Origin: Mizuhopecten yessoensis
Taxonomy: Eukaryota
Direction of reading: 5' to 3'
Length of the DNA: 64,000 nucleotides
Assembly (NCBI RefSeq): GCF_002113885.1
Contig: NW_018406931.1
Coordinates: forward strand, 367,253-431,252
Part shown: in pieces, positions 39,301 through 53,400 of the stretch
How the letters are laid out: each line of letters opens with the position of its first letter
Numbering within the stretch: the first letter of the stretch is position 1
Notes under the pieces: model-generated
Told to the model about the DNA's origin: nothing
Seen by the model: only the letters and a program-made list of their open reading frames with translations
Databases searched by the model: none
Made by a program: the position numbers and the translations under genes

Positions 39301-40019
39301 AGTTCTAGCTGTCCCACAACCTATTTTGGAGGCACAAAGTGATTTATGTTATGGTACATAGTACATCTGATCTTATTTATAAAACTCTATATATTTTCCA
39401 ACAAAACATAATTACACAACCCGTAAAGCAGGATATTCTCTCTCCATACGACATATAATTGCTCTACAACTCTCTACATTATATCCCCATGATAATAAGC
39501 TCACTCAAACACTCGCTACTCTCTCAAATCCAAGGTGAGGTACGTTATGAAACAATCCAACAGATCCATAGTCCTAGACACGGGTCATACAGATTAGCCT
39601 GTCGATATGTCATATATTTATCACAAGGATATTTCAAGGAAGCAGTTTGCACATGGCAGTGTTTCTGAAGCTGAAGTTTCTTTTCAATGCCTTCACTGAT
39701 AACCATATCACAGATATACATTTGAACTGAAGACTAGCAGTACCGAACACATGCGTATGACTGTCAGGAGCTCTCTGTGTGTATGATGAGATCATGATAC
39801 TAAGTAGCACTTTGTACATGTACATCATGAGTGCCATTGATTCAGCTGCTGGCCCTATGCATGGCCCTTCAGGATAGTGCATGCTCTTTTCTGTGGGCCA
39901 ATTCATTTTGTAATGAACAACACCTTCAATTCTGGACCCATGCATTTTCTTCTAACATGGTCATTTGAACTGTGATGAATACATTATCCTAAATATTTAT
40001 ATGACTAAGATGAATTCAA

Positions 40020-40440
40020 GATATTTGGGCGCACATTGTATGCATGTGATGTACATTTGCAAGTATGGCCCTCAGTATAATACTCTGGAGCACTTTGTAT
40101 GCATGATGTACATGTGCAAGTGAAGCCCTCAGTATGATGAACTCATGACATTCAGAAACACTTTGTATGCATGATGTACATTCGAAGTGTAGCCCTCTGT
40201 ATGATGATACTCAGGAGCACTTATTTGCACATGTGATGTCCATCTATAGCACTTGGGAGCACTCTGTATGATGAAGTCATGATTTACTCAGGAGCACTTT
40301 GTGTAGATTTTGAACATACATGCATGTTCCACTCAGGAGCGCTCTGTATAGATGTTGAACACACATGTATGTTCCACTCAGGAGCACTCTGTATAGATGT
40401 TGAACATACATGTATGTGTAGCACTCAAGAGCACTCTGTG
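40020..40440. repeat. Degenerating ~45-bp tandem repeat spanning the DNAJB9 stop codon and 3'UTR
   Basis: CTCAGGAGCACTCTGT recurs at 40287, 40332, 40377 and 40424, with looser copies further left. Confidence 0.75.
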
Positions 40441-43162
40441 TGTGTAGTCACCATATTGCCTAGTCTCTGTGTCACTGTTCTACATGTTCTGCCACCTACA
40501 ATTAACAATAAAACTGATTAGTTAAAAAGCCTTTTGCATATCTAATTCAAGAAAACTAGGTTGAATAAAATGTACATTTAAGACAGTATAACTCTTCTAA
40601 ATATATACAATATCAGAAAAAAAGCTGTAGCATACTGTATGCTAAAATAAATTTATTTTATACATATAGGTATAGACATGAATGAAACAATCATACTATA
40701 ACAATTTCATCAAATACTAAAAATTGTAAATATTTTATAACAACAGCAAAATCATTAGCAATATAACACAAATCAAGTATAATTCAGTTGTGCTTTTACT
40801 TTAATGCTTTGAAAAATAGTGAAAGGGATATGACACATGTCGTGTGGACATGGGTCGGTCTGGGATATGACACATGTCGTGTGGACATGGGTCGGTCGGG
40901 GATATGACATATCTCGGTCCAGGATATGACACATGTCATGTGGACATGGGTTGGTCCGGGATATGACATATGTCATGTGGACATGGGTCGGTCGGGGATA
41001 TGACATATGTCGTGTGGACATGGGTCGGTCCGGGATATGACATATGTCATGTGGACATGGGTCGGTCGGGGATATGACATATGTCGTGTAGACATGGGTC
41101 GGTCCGGGATATGACATATGTCGTGTGGACATGGGTTGGTCCGGGATATGACACATGTCATGTGGACATGGGTCGGTCCGGGATATGACACATGTCGTGT
41201 GGACATGGGTTGGTCCGGGATATGACATATGTCGTGTGGACATGGATCAGTCCAGGATATGACATATGTCGTGTGGACATGGGTCGGTCCGGGATATGAC
41301 ATATGTCGTGTGGACATGGGGCGGTCTGGGATATGACATATGTCGTGGGGACATGGATCGGTCCGGGATATGACACATGTAGTGTGGACATGGATCGGTC
41401 GAGGATATGACACATGTCGTGTGGACATGGATCGGTCCGGGATATGACACATGTCGTGTGGACATGGGTCGGTCCGGAATATGACACATGTCGTGTGGAC
41501 ATGGGTCGGTCCGGGATATGACGCATGTCGTGTGGACATGGATCGGGCCGGGATATGACACATGTCGTGTGGACATGGATCGGTCCGGGATATGACATAT
41601 GTTGTCGTGTGGACATGGGTCGGTCCGGGATATTACATATGCACAACTAGCAGTAGCAAATAAGTAAAACAATTCACAACACTGATAAGTATTAAAGTAA
41701 TTATACATATATAATGATAAAGTACATTACCTTGTGTGTAGCTGGAGGCGTGTGCTTGGGCGTGGTTGTGGTGTGGGTGATGGTGGTGTGCTCGCTGGTG
41801 ATTCCTTTGGTGCATTTCATGAGTATTTTGATGGAACTTTTGGTGCTGATTATGAATATTTTTATGATTGGAAGCATGGTCATATTGATTGTGATGATGC
41901 AGGTTACCAAATAAATCATCTTCAAAGCCAAATCCATCTTGATAGAAGTCATCATCATCATCATCATCATGAAAAAAGTCTTCGAAAAAATGACTTCCAT
42001 CATTATAATCCTCATCGTCATCATCGTTATCGTCGAACAAATCATCAAAATTAAAGAAACTTCCACCGTTGCCTCCAAATGAGAATTTGAATCCCTGTTG
42101 ATGCTTATGATGTCCTTGTTTATGGGCATCAAATGCATCATCAAATCCTTTAAAGAAATCACCGAAGTCAAAACTATGAGATGGGAAGCCACCACCGCCT
42201 CCACCTCCAAACTGCTGGTCATCTTTGTGGCCATACTTGTCGTACTGCTTCCTTTTATCTGGGTCGCCCAGGACCTCGTATGCTGCAATACATAATGATG
42301 TTTTTGTTTAAAACAGAACAAATATTTTGACAATATAAATTATGTAGATTTATATAGACCAACAATTTACAAATTATTGAGTGCTTTCCTGTCTTTCCAC
42401 TTAAAATTTCTGAAGTGGAAGTGAAATTTTGTTGCAAGAAAATGGATGCTATCCTATCAATATAAGCAAAATTTAATACAATTGTTTATCTACAATAACA
42501 CTTTACTAATTTGTTTCTTCCTGTCCTTACGTTTAAAACTCACTCACTTGGAAGAGGAAGTAAACATTTCATTTTAAGAAAACAGACTTTAACATATCAA
42601 CACAATGTACATGTATCATCCAGGTACATATGTACAGTATTACATAAGTAAAATTCACGATCAAAGGAAATGTTTTTGAGAATGAACTACATGTTTATGG
42701 TTTGATATTAGAAACAGCTTCTGCTCTTATTGACACATCTAAGTGACAGACTTATAAATTACCAGCTTATATTATTACGTATGGTACATGTACAGACGGT
42801 AAGACTTAAAACAAGCTAAACGTATTCTTGCAGGTTTTTCTTACAGCACTGTATGCAGCATAGAAGTAGGAAGCTACATATATATATATATATGCAAGAA
42901 TTTAAGCAAAACATTATTTAGTCTCCATGCATGTAAACCAACCTTTAGCTATTTCCCTAAACTTCTCTTCTGCTCCTTTCTCCTTGTTTTTATCTGGGTG
43001 AAACTTCAGTGCCAGTTTTCTGAATGCTCTCTTGATTTGCTTATCTGTGGCACCTTTCTTTAGGCCCAACACATCATAGTAGTCTGCCTGCTTGGCGAGT
43101 ATGATACTGGTAGTATAGATACTACATAGAGCACAAAGGTATAGTAGGTTCTCACAGTTCAT
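40425..43162 (-). CDS. DNAJB9: DnaJ homolog subfamily B member 9 (ERdj4). Coding exons 43162-42943, 42282-41731, 40495-40425; probable 5'UTR exon ending at 44246
   Basis: Signal peptide, J-domain with HPD, G/F-rich region and the diagnostic C-terminus [23 protein letters not shown] junctions have matching phase 1. Confidence 0.92.
40825..41640. repeat. 37-bp GC-rich minisatellite (~22 copies) in a DNAJB9 intron
   Basis: Unit GGGATATGACACATGTCGTGTGGACATGGGTCGGTCC. Confidence 0.95.
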
Positions 43163-43610
43163 CTTGATTTGGGTAAGTCTGTACTTGTATTCTGAAGCAA
43201 AACATTTATAATTAAAACAATGTGTATACATTTTTAGGTATCTATAGTCACATTAAGGATGATTTATAAATTTTGTCACTTTTTTTAACTGATATATATA
43301 TATATATATGTGTGTCAGAGAATTCCACGTTTTCATAGAGCAGTGTGCTCTGGCCCCACACCAGACATCTATATGTCAAAATGTCTAAGTCTGGTGGTAG
43401 GGCCAGAGGAAACTCAGGCCAGGTAAAATGCATGACCAGCTCTTGATTTGAAACCAGGACCTCTGAACTCAAGCGAACGCTTGTCGTACCTGGTCGCTGG
43501 CAATTGACCCAGTCCAGTCCTTGGTCGATCGTCAACAACCAGGTTATATAGCTCACTATTCCTTTTTAAAGTATTATTTTCTGTACACTTTGCAGAAACG
43601 ACCATGTACT

Positions 43611-43782
43611 CACAGGTGTTTGAAATTCTGACTGTAAATTGAGATAAAAATCACATAAAAAAATAAGGGTATTACCACAGACTTAGATATCTAATTCCGT
43701 GGTATTACTATCAAAAAAGTAATACTTGCCCTTATCGTTTTTATACGATATCTCAATTTACAGTCAGAATTAAACACCTGTG
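43611..43782. mobile_element. Fold-back MITE with CAC...GTG ends and a 7-bp TSD (P/Galileo-like)
   Basis: Arms CACAGGTGTTT..AATTCTGACTGTAAATTGAGATA and its reverse complement. ATGTACT occurs at 43604-43610 and 43783-43789. Confidence 0.8.
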
Positions 43783-44249
43783 ATGTACTGAACAACTTTT
43801 CACTAGCATATTATGGGCTTTTGTTGCAAGTCTTATGTTAACCAATTCAGGTGTGGTTCAGCCAGACAGCGCTTATAGACTTACGTATAGACAAACAGAT
43901 ACTGTACAGTACTGAAAGTAAAACTGTCTGGAAAAAAATATGTTAAACAAACTCGTTGTGTCAGTTGACCGGTTTCATAAAAGGGGTGAACAACCAGCCT
44001 ATGTTGGACTGATTTAGCCATGTAAACCTAGAATGATTATCTTTTTTCATCACTTGCCGAGAAGTTGATAAGTCAGCTGTCTGTGGTCCAAGGTACGATG
44101 TGAGTATATGTACAGATGTATGTTACAGAAAAATTCACGTAGGGAAACTTAACCCCCTCAATATTGACAACCACTCACTCCATTAACTGTTACCAATAAT
44201 ACAATAATATCACCAAAGAAAACAATATAAACATATTCAAGTTACCTGA

Positions 44250-44469
44250 TTTATTTCTACAGCTGACGTTTTAGTTCAAACGTCCTCTTCGACACTCGTT
44301 CAACCGACAAATACTTCTTACGATGACAGCTTGACAGAAACACACGTCGGTCTCCAAAATAGAACCGGAAGTACACGACTGTTAAATTGATTGGTGGAAA
44401 TAAATCATGTGACCTATGATTAGGGAATTCGGAAAAATATTACCCAGAGTTCTTCGATATAAACAAGAA
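44250..44469. promoter_or_regulatory. Bidirectional DNAJB9/CRBN promoter region
   Basis: The genes are divergent, with a DNAJB9 donor at 44245 and the CRBN ATG at 44470. The region is CpG-richer and has an ETS site CCGGAAGT (44365-44372), an inverted CCAAT (44390-44394), an E-box TCATGTGAC (44405-44413) and an ACGT core CACACGTC (44341-44348). Confidence 0.7.
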
Positions 44470-47400
44470 ATGGCTGACGATCTCTTACCGCTGTTGGGGA
44501 TTAACATGGGTAACGGCGATGGGCATGACGACGAAGATGGTGGTATGGAAAGTTTAGAGATAGTTTTTTTTATTAATTATACCATGAAAATTTGACGTAG
44601 TATAAAATATTTTGTCTTTCTTTGTCACATTGAAACTTTGCACTTGGTACTCTGCTGTGTTTCCAGTTTTGACGAATTGATATTATGATAAAAATTCCAG
44701 ATATGAGCAGTTTAAACTGTTTGAATTGAAATACGCACATGTCAGTGTTATAGCATCATCATCTGTCATGCCATGACAACGTTTGTAATCAGAATTGCTG
44801 CTGTTGTAACCCGTTTTGACGTATCAAGATGATTTAATTCCCAACCCGTTCTCCTACAGGTGACAGAGATACTACAGGATCAAAGGTGTTAATTAACATG
44901 ACATTACCTGTTGGGATTGAAGTGTACTACAAGTTTACCTGTAGTCTTAACATTTTGCTAACGTCATTGAAATTACAAGTGATGACACAGACCCATAACA
45001 AACATATTGTTTAAAACAATAGGCCTACCAGCAATTAATAATCATAAATGCTTTGTTTTGTGTCCATGCTTTTATGTTCATACTTTTAAAAACTGATATC
45101 CCTACATTGTATTTCAAACTTCCACAAGAAACGATAAAATTGTCTGTATCTAAATGGCCACTGATCGGATACATCATAATCAGTCGTATGTTTTGTTGGA
45201 TTATACTCTGGGATGCAGGTGATCTCATATGCCAAAACCTACATTGATAAATTAAGGCTTATGATGCAGTTTGTTAGTTACGAATGAATTCATATGATAT
45301 TTATATATGTATTTTCAATTTTTACCTCTTTCATTTTTTAATGGAGACCCTTAACTTTTAAGGAGATAGTGGAAAAATATGGTTTAATTATGCTTTGAAC
45401 GTTTATAATTATTGAAACATTTAATATTTATGTATAAAACGGGGATACATATACAAGTAAATCAGAAAAATGTACACAACATGTACAATACATTTGACTA
45501 TAAACAAGAAGAAAAAAATAAAAAAAAAATAGGTAGAAAAAACAATCCAATTACATAAAAAATATTGCTCATATTCTTTGATTTATTTCAGTGTTCATTG
45601 TTCTGATGAATAAATTGTTTGATTCATCTGGATTTGAGTACAGAGGTCACAGACACACTAATTGCTGCTGTCTTATACTCAGATATACATGTACAATGTA
45701 TGCACATTTTTTTTATCTATCCTTAACAGAGGAAGATGATGAAGTAAATATGATGGAAGATATTGAAATTGAACCTGCTGTTAACAATGAAGATGGAAAC
45801 ATGCCTGATAACAGTCCTGTACAGAAACCAGAAATAAAGAAATCTACAAAAAAGACAAAGCGACAACAGTCAATACCAATAACATTTGATTCATCACTCC
45901 CAACTTCACATTCGGTAAAACATTGTATAATATATTATAAGATATTGCTTTTGACATCGTTTCAGTGAGATTTGGATTTTACATTGTAAAGATTCCTGTT
46001 ATCAATAGAATTTAGAATTATGTTTAAAATGAAAGATCTAGCCTGAAAGATGTATGGTTTTGAAAATTTTATTTCATATCAACTGATTTGATTCAGATAT
46101 ACATATAGATTATACAACCAAATTGGTTGAATTGAACATTTCAATGTCATAAAAAACAATGCTTTTGAAATGTCAACTTACAAAACATACAAATGTTTTC
46201 TTGATGTCATTAAGACTTTCACAACACAGATTTGAAATTGCTAATTGTCTGAAATAATATTTTGTATGAAGTATTTGGGGAATGATCTTGAGGAGGTTAG
46301 AGGTCGTACCATCCATGATGACAACTCGCTGGTTACGCTTCCCATCATCCAGTTACCAGGGATGGTGCTTATTCCTGGCCAAACCATCCCTCTTCACCTG
46401 TTCCACCAGCACACGGTGGCCATGATCAAGGGCGTCGTTGATACAGACAAAACCTTCGGGGTCGTAACCTTCAGGTAAGGCAAGAGCATAGCTAAGGTAG
46501 GTGAATTAAAAACCTGCATGCATAATGATTGTGGAAAGGTAAACAATGATGATATTGCCACAAACAAATCTTTAATGTTAGCCTAAAAGACAAGGATATT
46601 ATCACAACAAAGACACAATCTCCGGTGTCATAGCCTACAAATGATATATACAAGACCTACACACAGACAAAAGCTTTAAGGTTGTAGACTACAAGTAGGG
46701 CAAGCCATGGTCTAAACAGGCAATCTACTTTTTACAGCTAACATAAAGGGCATGGTGACAGACAGAAAACAATCCAGTTTGTGACTTGCGGGTAATTTAA
46801 GGGCATGCAGAAGTTAACAAAGAAAAAACGTTTAGGGTTGGAATTTTGAGTTGAGAAGAGGGTGTAATATTGACACAGACTGAAACTTTAAGAGTTTGAT
46901 TTTTGAGTTGAGGCAAGGGTTCATGTTCCATACATGTACAACGAAGACTGAAATAAATCATATGAGTATGGTATAAGTGATAATACAAAGCAGATAAAAC
47001 TGATCAGTTTAAGATTGGTAATTCAGTATTGGTTGCTAGCATTTCGTAAGACTGAAGATTATAAGTTGTAAGTATTGTACAGTGTTGATGAGATGGAATA
47101 ATGGTTATATAACAATGGCCAGTACAATTGTATGTTCTGCCTTGTAGACACACTCATGAGGAGGGGGCACACACCATGGCGACCATAGGAACCACAGCTG
47201 AGATATTTTCCGTACGAGATGAAACGGATGATGACACAGGGTTGTCGACAGTAAGAGTCAAGGCCAAAGGTCGTCAGCGCTTCCATATTGTTGATACTAA
47301 ACGCTCACCTACTGGGTAAATTAAAATTGTTTTAGATTTCCTTTAATCTCTATATGTTTTATTATTTCACGATTATGAGGGGCAGCTTTTATCATTTGTT

Positions 47401-50400
47401 ATCAAGATCATTTTTCTTGTTGATTCCATTAGATCATTGATCAATTTAGCTATACATTAAGTGTCTATCTCTTTTCTGAAAATGTATTTTAATCATATAA
47501 GGGAGGTAATCCTGGCTTACTTTAGATGCAGGTCTTCACAGCCATATATTTGTGTAGAAACCTCACTGAATTTTGAATTAAATTTTCATTATATAAAAAC
47601 AAAATGCTATAAAGTTATTTATCTTTTGCTGTATCTTTTCTAATGGTTACTGTATACTTGTGTGTGACCCTCTAGCTGTTTTTCTAATGGTTACTGTATA
47701 CTTGTTTGTGACCCTCTAGCTGTATCTTTTCTAATGGTATCTGTATACTTGTGTGTGACCCTCTAGCTGTATCTTTTCTGATGGTAACTGTATACTTGTG
47801 TGTGACCCTCTAGCCGTATCTTTTCTAATGGTAACTGTATACTTGTGTGTGACCCTATAGCTGTATCTTTTCTAATGGTAACTGTTTTCTTGTGTGTGAC
47901 CCTCTAGCTGTATCTTTTCTAATGGTAACTGTATACTTGCGTGTGACCCTCTAGCTGTATCTTTTCTAATGGTTACTGTATACTTGTGTGTGACCCTCTA
48001 GCTGTTTTTCTAATGGTTACTGTATACTTGTTTGTGACCCTGTAGCTGTATCTTTTCTAATGGTAACTGTGTACTTGTGTGTGACCCTCTAGCTGTATCT
48101 TTTCTAATGGTTACTGTGTACTTGTTTGTGACCCTCTAGCTGTATCTTTTCTAATGGTAACTGTATACTTGTGTGTTGCCCTCTAGCTGTATCTTTTCTA
48201 ATGGTAACTGTATACTTGTGTGTTGCCCTCTAGCTGTATCTTTTCTAATGGTAACTGTGTACTTGTGTGTGACCCTCTAGCTGTATCTTTTCTAATGGTT
48301 ACTGTGTACTTGTTTGTGACCCTCTAGCTGTATCTTTTCTAATGGTAACTGTATACTTGTGTGTGACCCTCTAGCTGTTGTTTATAGCCAGTTGCTGTTT
48401 CATTTTAAGGATTTTAATAGGTAAAGTGAAGATATTGCCAGAAAAGATATTGCCCGACTGTCTCGAGGGAGCACGGCCTCCTTCCCACTGTAAATTCTGT
48501 TGTCCTGACCTGGACAGTGTGGTCAAAACATGTACAGCTGTTGACAGACAGGGCAACATACTGACCAGTGTAGCTATGGTCAAAAACAGGAAGGTATGTA
48601 ATGTCCATTGTGTAATTGTCAACAAGACAGGATTTTCTCTCACCTTAGACAAGGATATCCCATGTTATACCTGGAGATAGGTTTTTTATCTCCTCTGATT
48701 TGCCTCCACCACTGGTCTCGGGTTCAAGGCCTACGTGGGGTAGTTGCCAGGTACTGGTCATAGGTCGGTGATTTTTCTCCGGAAACTCCGGCTTTCCTCC
48801 ACCACCAAAACCTGGCACGTCCTTAAATGACCATAGCTGTTAATAGGATGTTAAACATAAACAACCAAACCAAACCAATCCAATCATCTGATCTGTCTAA
48901 TACCTTTACATGACAGTTGGTTCCAAATTTCCCACAGTAATGAATTCATCTGTGCACTAAAACAAATGAAATCTGCATTCAAAAATTCCATTTTATGATT
49001 CAGTGTCATTTTTTTATGTTATTTAGTTCACAACATTACAAACACCATATAATTTCATATTATAGAAAGGACTACCTATACCTGTACAGTACTTTTTGTG
49101 CAGAAGCTTTAATAGTGCAGAGTTAGGCCATATGAAATTGAGGCCCTAGGTGGGATATTTATAAACTACGATATGAGGTCCCAGAAAAAATCAATTACCT
49201 GTAACTGATCAAGATTGGGCTATCACAGTCTCCGGCCAACATTCTGCAATATCCCAACTTTAGCTTGTGCCTTTTGTTTGTATTATATTTGAGAATATTA
49301 GTCCTCGACAGGGGTAAATTGATCTCGTTCAGTTACATTGTCCTATTAAATTATTAAGGACACTTTTATCATTGAGAGAAAAACCAAAACAAATTAAAAA
49401 TATAAGTCAAGAGTTTTATTTTTAGAACTTTTGATTACAAGTTGAAGGTTTTGATTTCTTGCCAACATTTCAAATTTTTCATGTGAGAGAAAACAGGTGT
49501 CAGAATCAAGAAATTTTATCAAAATCTATGCCATGATTTCTTTTTACAAAATGATAATAGCATAAAATACCATAGTTTAAGCTGTCCAATGCAATGAATT
49601 ACTTGAATTTGATGTGGATGAAAAACAATGTTTTCGTTGGTCCAAAATTTTGTGGTTTCCCCGACAAAACACCATTTCTCGGGTACATTGATTTGTGGAT
49701 GAAAAGTACCCACTCAAGTGGAGAATTGCTTTATATCGAACTTGTAACTTCAAGGACCTATGAATTTGTGGATGAAGATTACCCACGAATTCATTGAAAT
49801 TAAAAACCTGATGAAAATTAGTGGTTTCACAGTAGTCTTCCTTTCAACTAGTGAAAGTAACTGACATGGGCAATTTTGTGTGCACTTTAACTATTCAATG
49901 TACATTATTTTATTCATAGGTCAACAAATTCACTGCCGCTCATTACACATGGTGGCCTCCATGGGTTTACAAAATGTACGATGCTGTGAGTATCAATAAA
50001 CAATTCTTTCCTCCTTTTTCAGACAAAATAAGAAGAAATACAATCCAAATAATTTTATGATCTTTCTCTTGTTATCGAAGAGCAAATATTGCAAAATAAT
50101 GAAATGAATGGTAATTACAAAAATAAAGTATACTATATGGCCTTGATGAGTTTGTTATGAGATTTTTTTTCTTTTTCTTTAAGCATGTTTGTACTTAGGG
50201 TATGTACGTGGGTATTTTACATTCCTACAGGAATAGACCAGACAAAATTTGCGTCAAACCCATGGTGTTTTTTCTTAACGGCTGTCATCATATAACCTTA
50301 AATGTTGTAACCGCTAACAAATAAATTGTCTTTATAGATTGTCTTACTGGGTATGTAACAATTTCAAAGTTCACTTTCTATGTAATTATCCAGGACTTGG

Positions 50401-53400
50401 TGATGCAGAGAACTAAAGAGGAGCTACACAAATGGAATGAAACTTTGCGTCCCGAGAACATGCCTCAAGATCCAGTTGAGTTATCGTACTGGGTCACACA
50501 AAACCTTCCTCTCGACGATGGACTCCGGATTAACCTCCTTAGTATAGACAGTGCCATACAGAGGCTACGCTGTGCTCTCAGCATCATAGGAAAGGTAATA
50601 CTGTGTAACACGAAATGTTCGTGGGTACTTTCCTTGGGGTACAAACTTTCGTAGATATCCTATATTAACAAACAGTAAACACGTATTTCATTCAAATTCT
50701 TTGTATTTATTTTCGTGGTTCAATAACAACCACGAAAACCACAAATATTTATACACAATGAAGACTTCATGTTATACAGTATGCTGTCGGTAAAGACTAA
50801 TGTATTGACAAACGGTGTACTCCATCCTCGATACTCCAGGGATTACACTCAATCTCTGCATCCCTGGAATATGTCTTAGCAAAAATGAAGGCACACAGCT
50901 AGCTATTTGATTGGTCTCAGCTAAAAAGCATGACCAATTTCAAGGCTATTTATATATCCTTTAAACATTACAAAGGAGCGAAACCTGACTTCAAAGGCAG
51001 CCATTTTTACCATTACGCAACCATGAGATTTTCTTTGCTAAACATCAGCGATCAAACTGGTCTAGTTGTCTTTTCCACAAGGTGGCACACACTGAGCCTT
51101 CGATTTTGCTATGACATATTCCAGGGGTGCAGAGAGGGTAAGTTAACGTAACCCCTAGGCCTGGAGTACGAAGGATGGGTGTACTCAGGAACTTAGAAGC
51201 AGTATGGACTGAAGATATTCCATACTTTCGGAAAGCTAGAAGATGTATGGATAGGAGACACTCCTACTTAGCTTAAAATGAAGAATAACATTCCTGCAAA
51301 GGTGAAACATGTTGGTTTGTGCTGAAGGATAATCTAACAATTGAAATATTGATAGCAGACTCGAAGGAAAACTTTCCGAAAACACATCATTATTTAGATT
51401 GTATTAGCATAGAAGTCATTATTTTTAAGTTAGTTAGCTGTCCAGGAACCTATCTAACCTCAATGATATTAATTAAAGAACATTTTTAGATCACCTGAGA
51501 CAAAGTCTCAAGTGACCTATTCTAATCGCCCTTTGTCCGTCGTCGTCCGTCGTGCGTCAGTAAACAATTTACATTTTCAACTTCTACTCCAAAACCCCTA
51601 AACCAATTTCAATGAAATTTTTCAGAAACCTTCCATGGCCAAGGGTCAACCAAAATTGTGAATTATATGGTCCCAAGCCCCAAGGGGTCTGAGGGGTGGG
51701 GCCAAAAAGGGTCGAATTGACTAAAATTTCAAAAATCTTCTTATCAAGATCCAGATATGGTAGAATCAAATACTCTTCATAGATGAAAGGGTCTTGAGGT
51801 GTTTTACCAAAATTGTCAATTTCATGACCCTAGGGTATCACGTTTACCGCTTTGGGAATGAGGGGGGGGGCAAACTTTATTATGGTTTATAATGGCAAAT
51901 GATACTTTGGATATTACATGTTGATAACTTGATTGGAATTTTAACCCTGAGTTGACAGTTTGATACTTTTGAAAATTTTGAGCCAGTCCTACCCCCAAGG
52001 GCTGTAGGGCGGGGCCCAAAGGAGTCAGTGTGCTAAAATTTCTTCATTTTCCTTGTTTAGAATCAGAGGTGCAAGTTTCAAATACTTTTCAGTCTTAAAT
52101 CTGTATGCTAGATATTGAATAAGGTGATTTTATTGTTTTTTGTCACTTTGAATAACATTTCTGTTCATGTTTAAAAGACAAAATCAACTTTCTGTATTAA
52201 TATATCAGAACTCAGGTGACCGTTAAGGCCTATATGGGCCTCTTGTTATGGAGAACGTTACCTTTCCCCAAACTATTGCAGTTTAAAAAAAAAGTATATG
52301 GATTATATAATCTGAGAGATAAAATGAAAACATTTTTTTAGTAGATAATGATGACTTCATGATCAGCTGGCAATATTTTGATTGAATATCTGAAATGTTA
52401 CTAGATATATGATATGACCAACACATTTGATGTATACACATATGAAATAGTAACCCTAAATTAAATACAGATACTAGGATACAATTTCCTACACTAAGTA
52501 CAAGTGTATTTTGATTTTCTGATGGAATAGTATCATTTTTTTTGCCTATGCTGTTATATACTATACATACATGTATGTTTAACTATGATTTATTATAAGT
52601 TATATATGTTTCTGTATATTTGGATTTCAGTGTTCTGTACTTTGCTGTAAGGGATGTGGATGTCAAGTGGCCAATAAGAACGATGTATTCAGTCTCTCCA
52701 TTGAAGGACCCCTCGGAGCCTATGTCAATCCAGGGGGCTACGTACACGAAACAATGACAGTGCATAAATCTCAAAACTTAAATCTTATTGGACGACCATC
52801 GACAGAACACAGTTGGTTTCCAGGGTAAGCAATAAAATTGATGAAAATTGTCCTGAGAAATGTATTATATTATTGTAAAAAATAAAGCAATTATATATAT
52901 GATTACTATGTAATCCTAATTCAAGGATAAATACATGTGTTTGAAAGTTTTGTATATAAGAATCATATGATCTCGTAGGTTACAGAAAGAGGAAAACCAG
53001 TCTATTCTTGTAACACATCCTGTAATAAACCATTGCTAATTTTGGGATTAGATCAAGTATCCAATAAACTAGATAAACAATAAACAACTACAATAACAGT
53101 GTATGTTTTGCAAGGACATATTTACTGTTATTACACCACATATTGATTAGCATGATAATTCAGTCATATAAGTCAAATTTCAACACCAGAACATTTCAAT
53201 ACAAGTTGTTTCTGTCCAAAATGACTTGCGGCAATATTTTTGTTGTAAAACACCATTTTGTTAACAAATCTATGGGTTCATGTGTAAACATTTACTAGAA
53301 ATTAACAGACGATATTCAAAGCTTTGACTTTGAGCAGACTTAACATCATAAACACATTGAATTTTCCCACCAGTTAAATTGATATTGTAATATATCATTT

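Noticed and set aside
40773-41708. Cys/His-rich repetitive ORFs (CPHDMCH...)
   Set aside because: These are translations of the intronic 37-bp minisatellite. The period is not a multiple of 3 and the same peptides appear in all frames.
41701-42333. 210-aa ORF with poly-Met
   Set aside because: It is an alternative frame of the DNAJB9 Asp-rich exon (GAT repeats).
44340-44400. Canonical ERSE (CCAAT-N9-CCACG)
   Set aside because: CCAAT is present but there is no CCACG at the required spacing.
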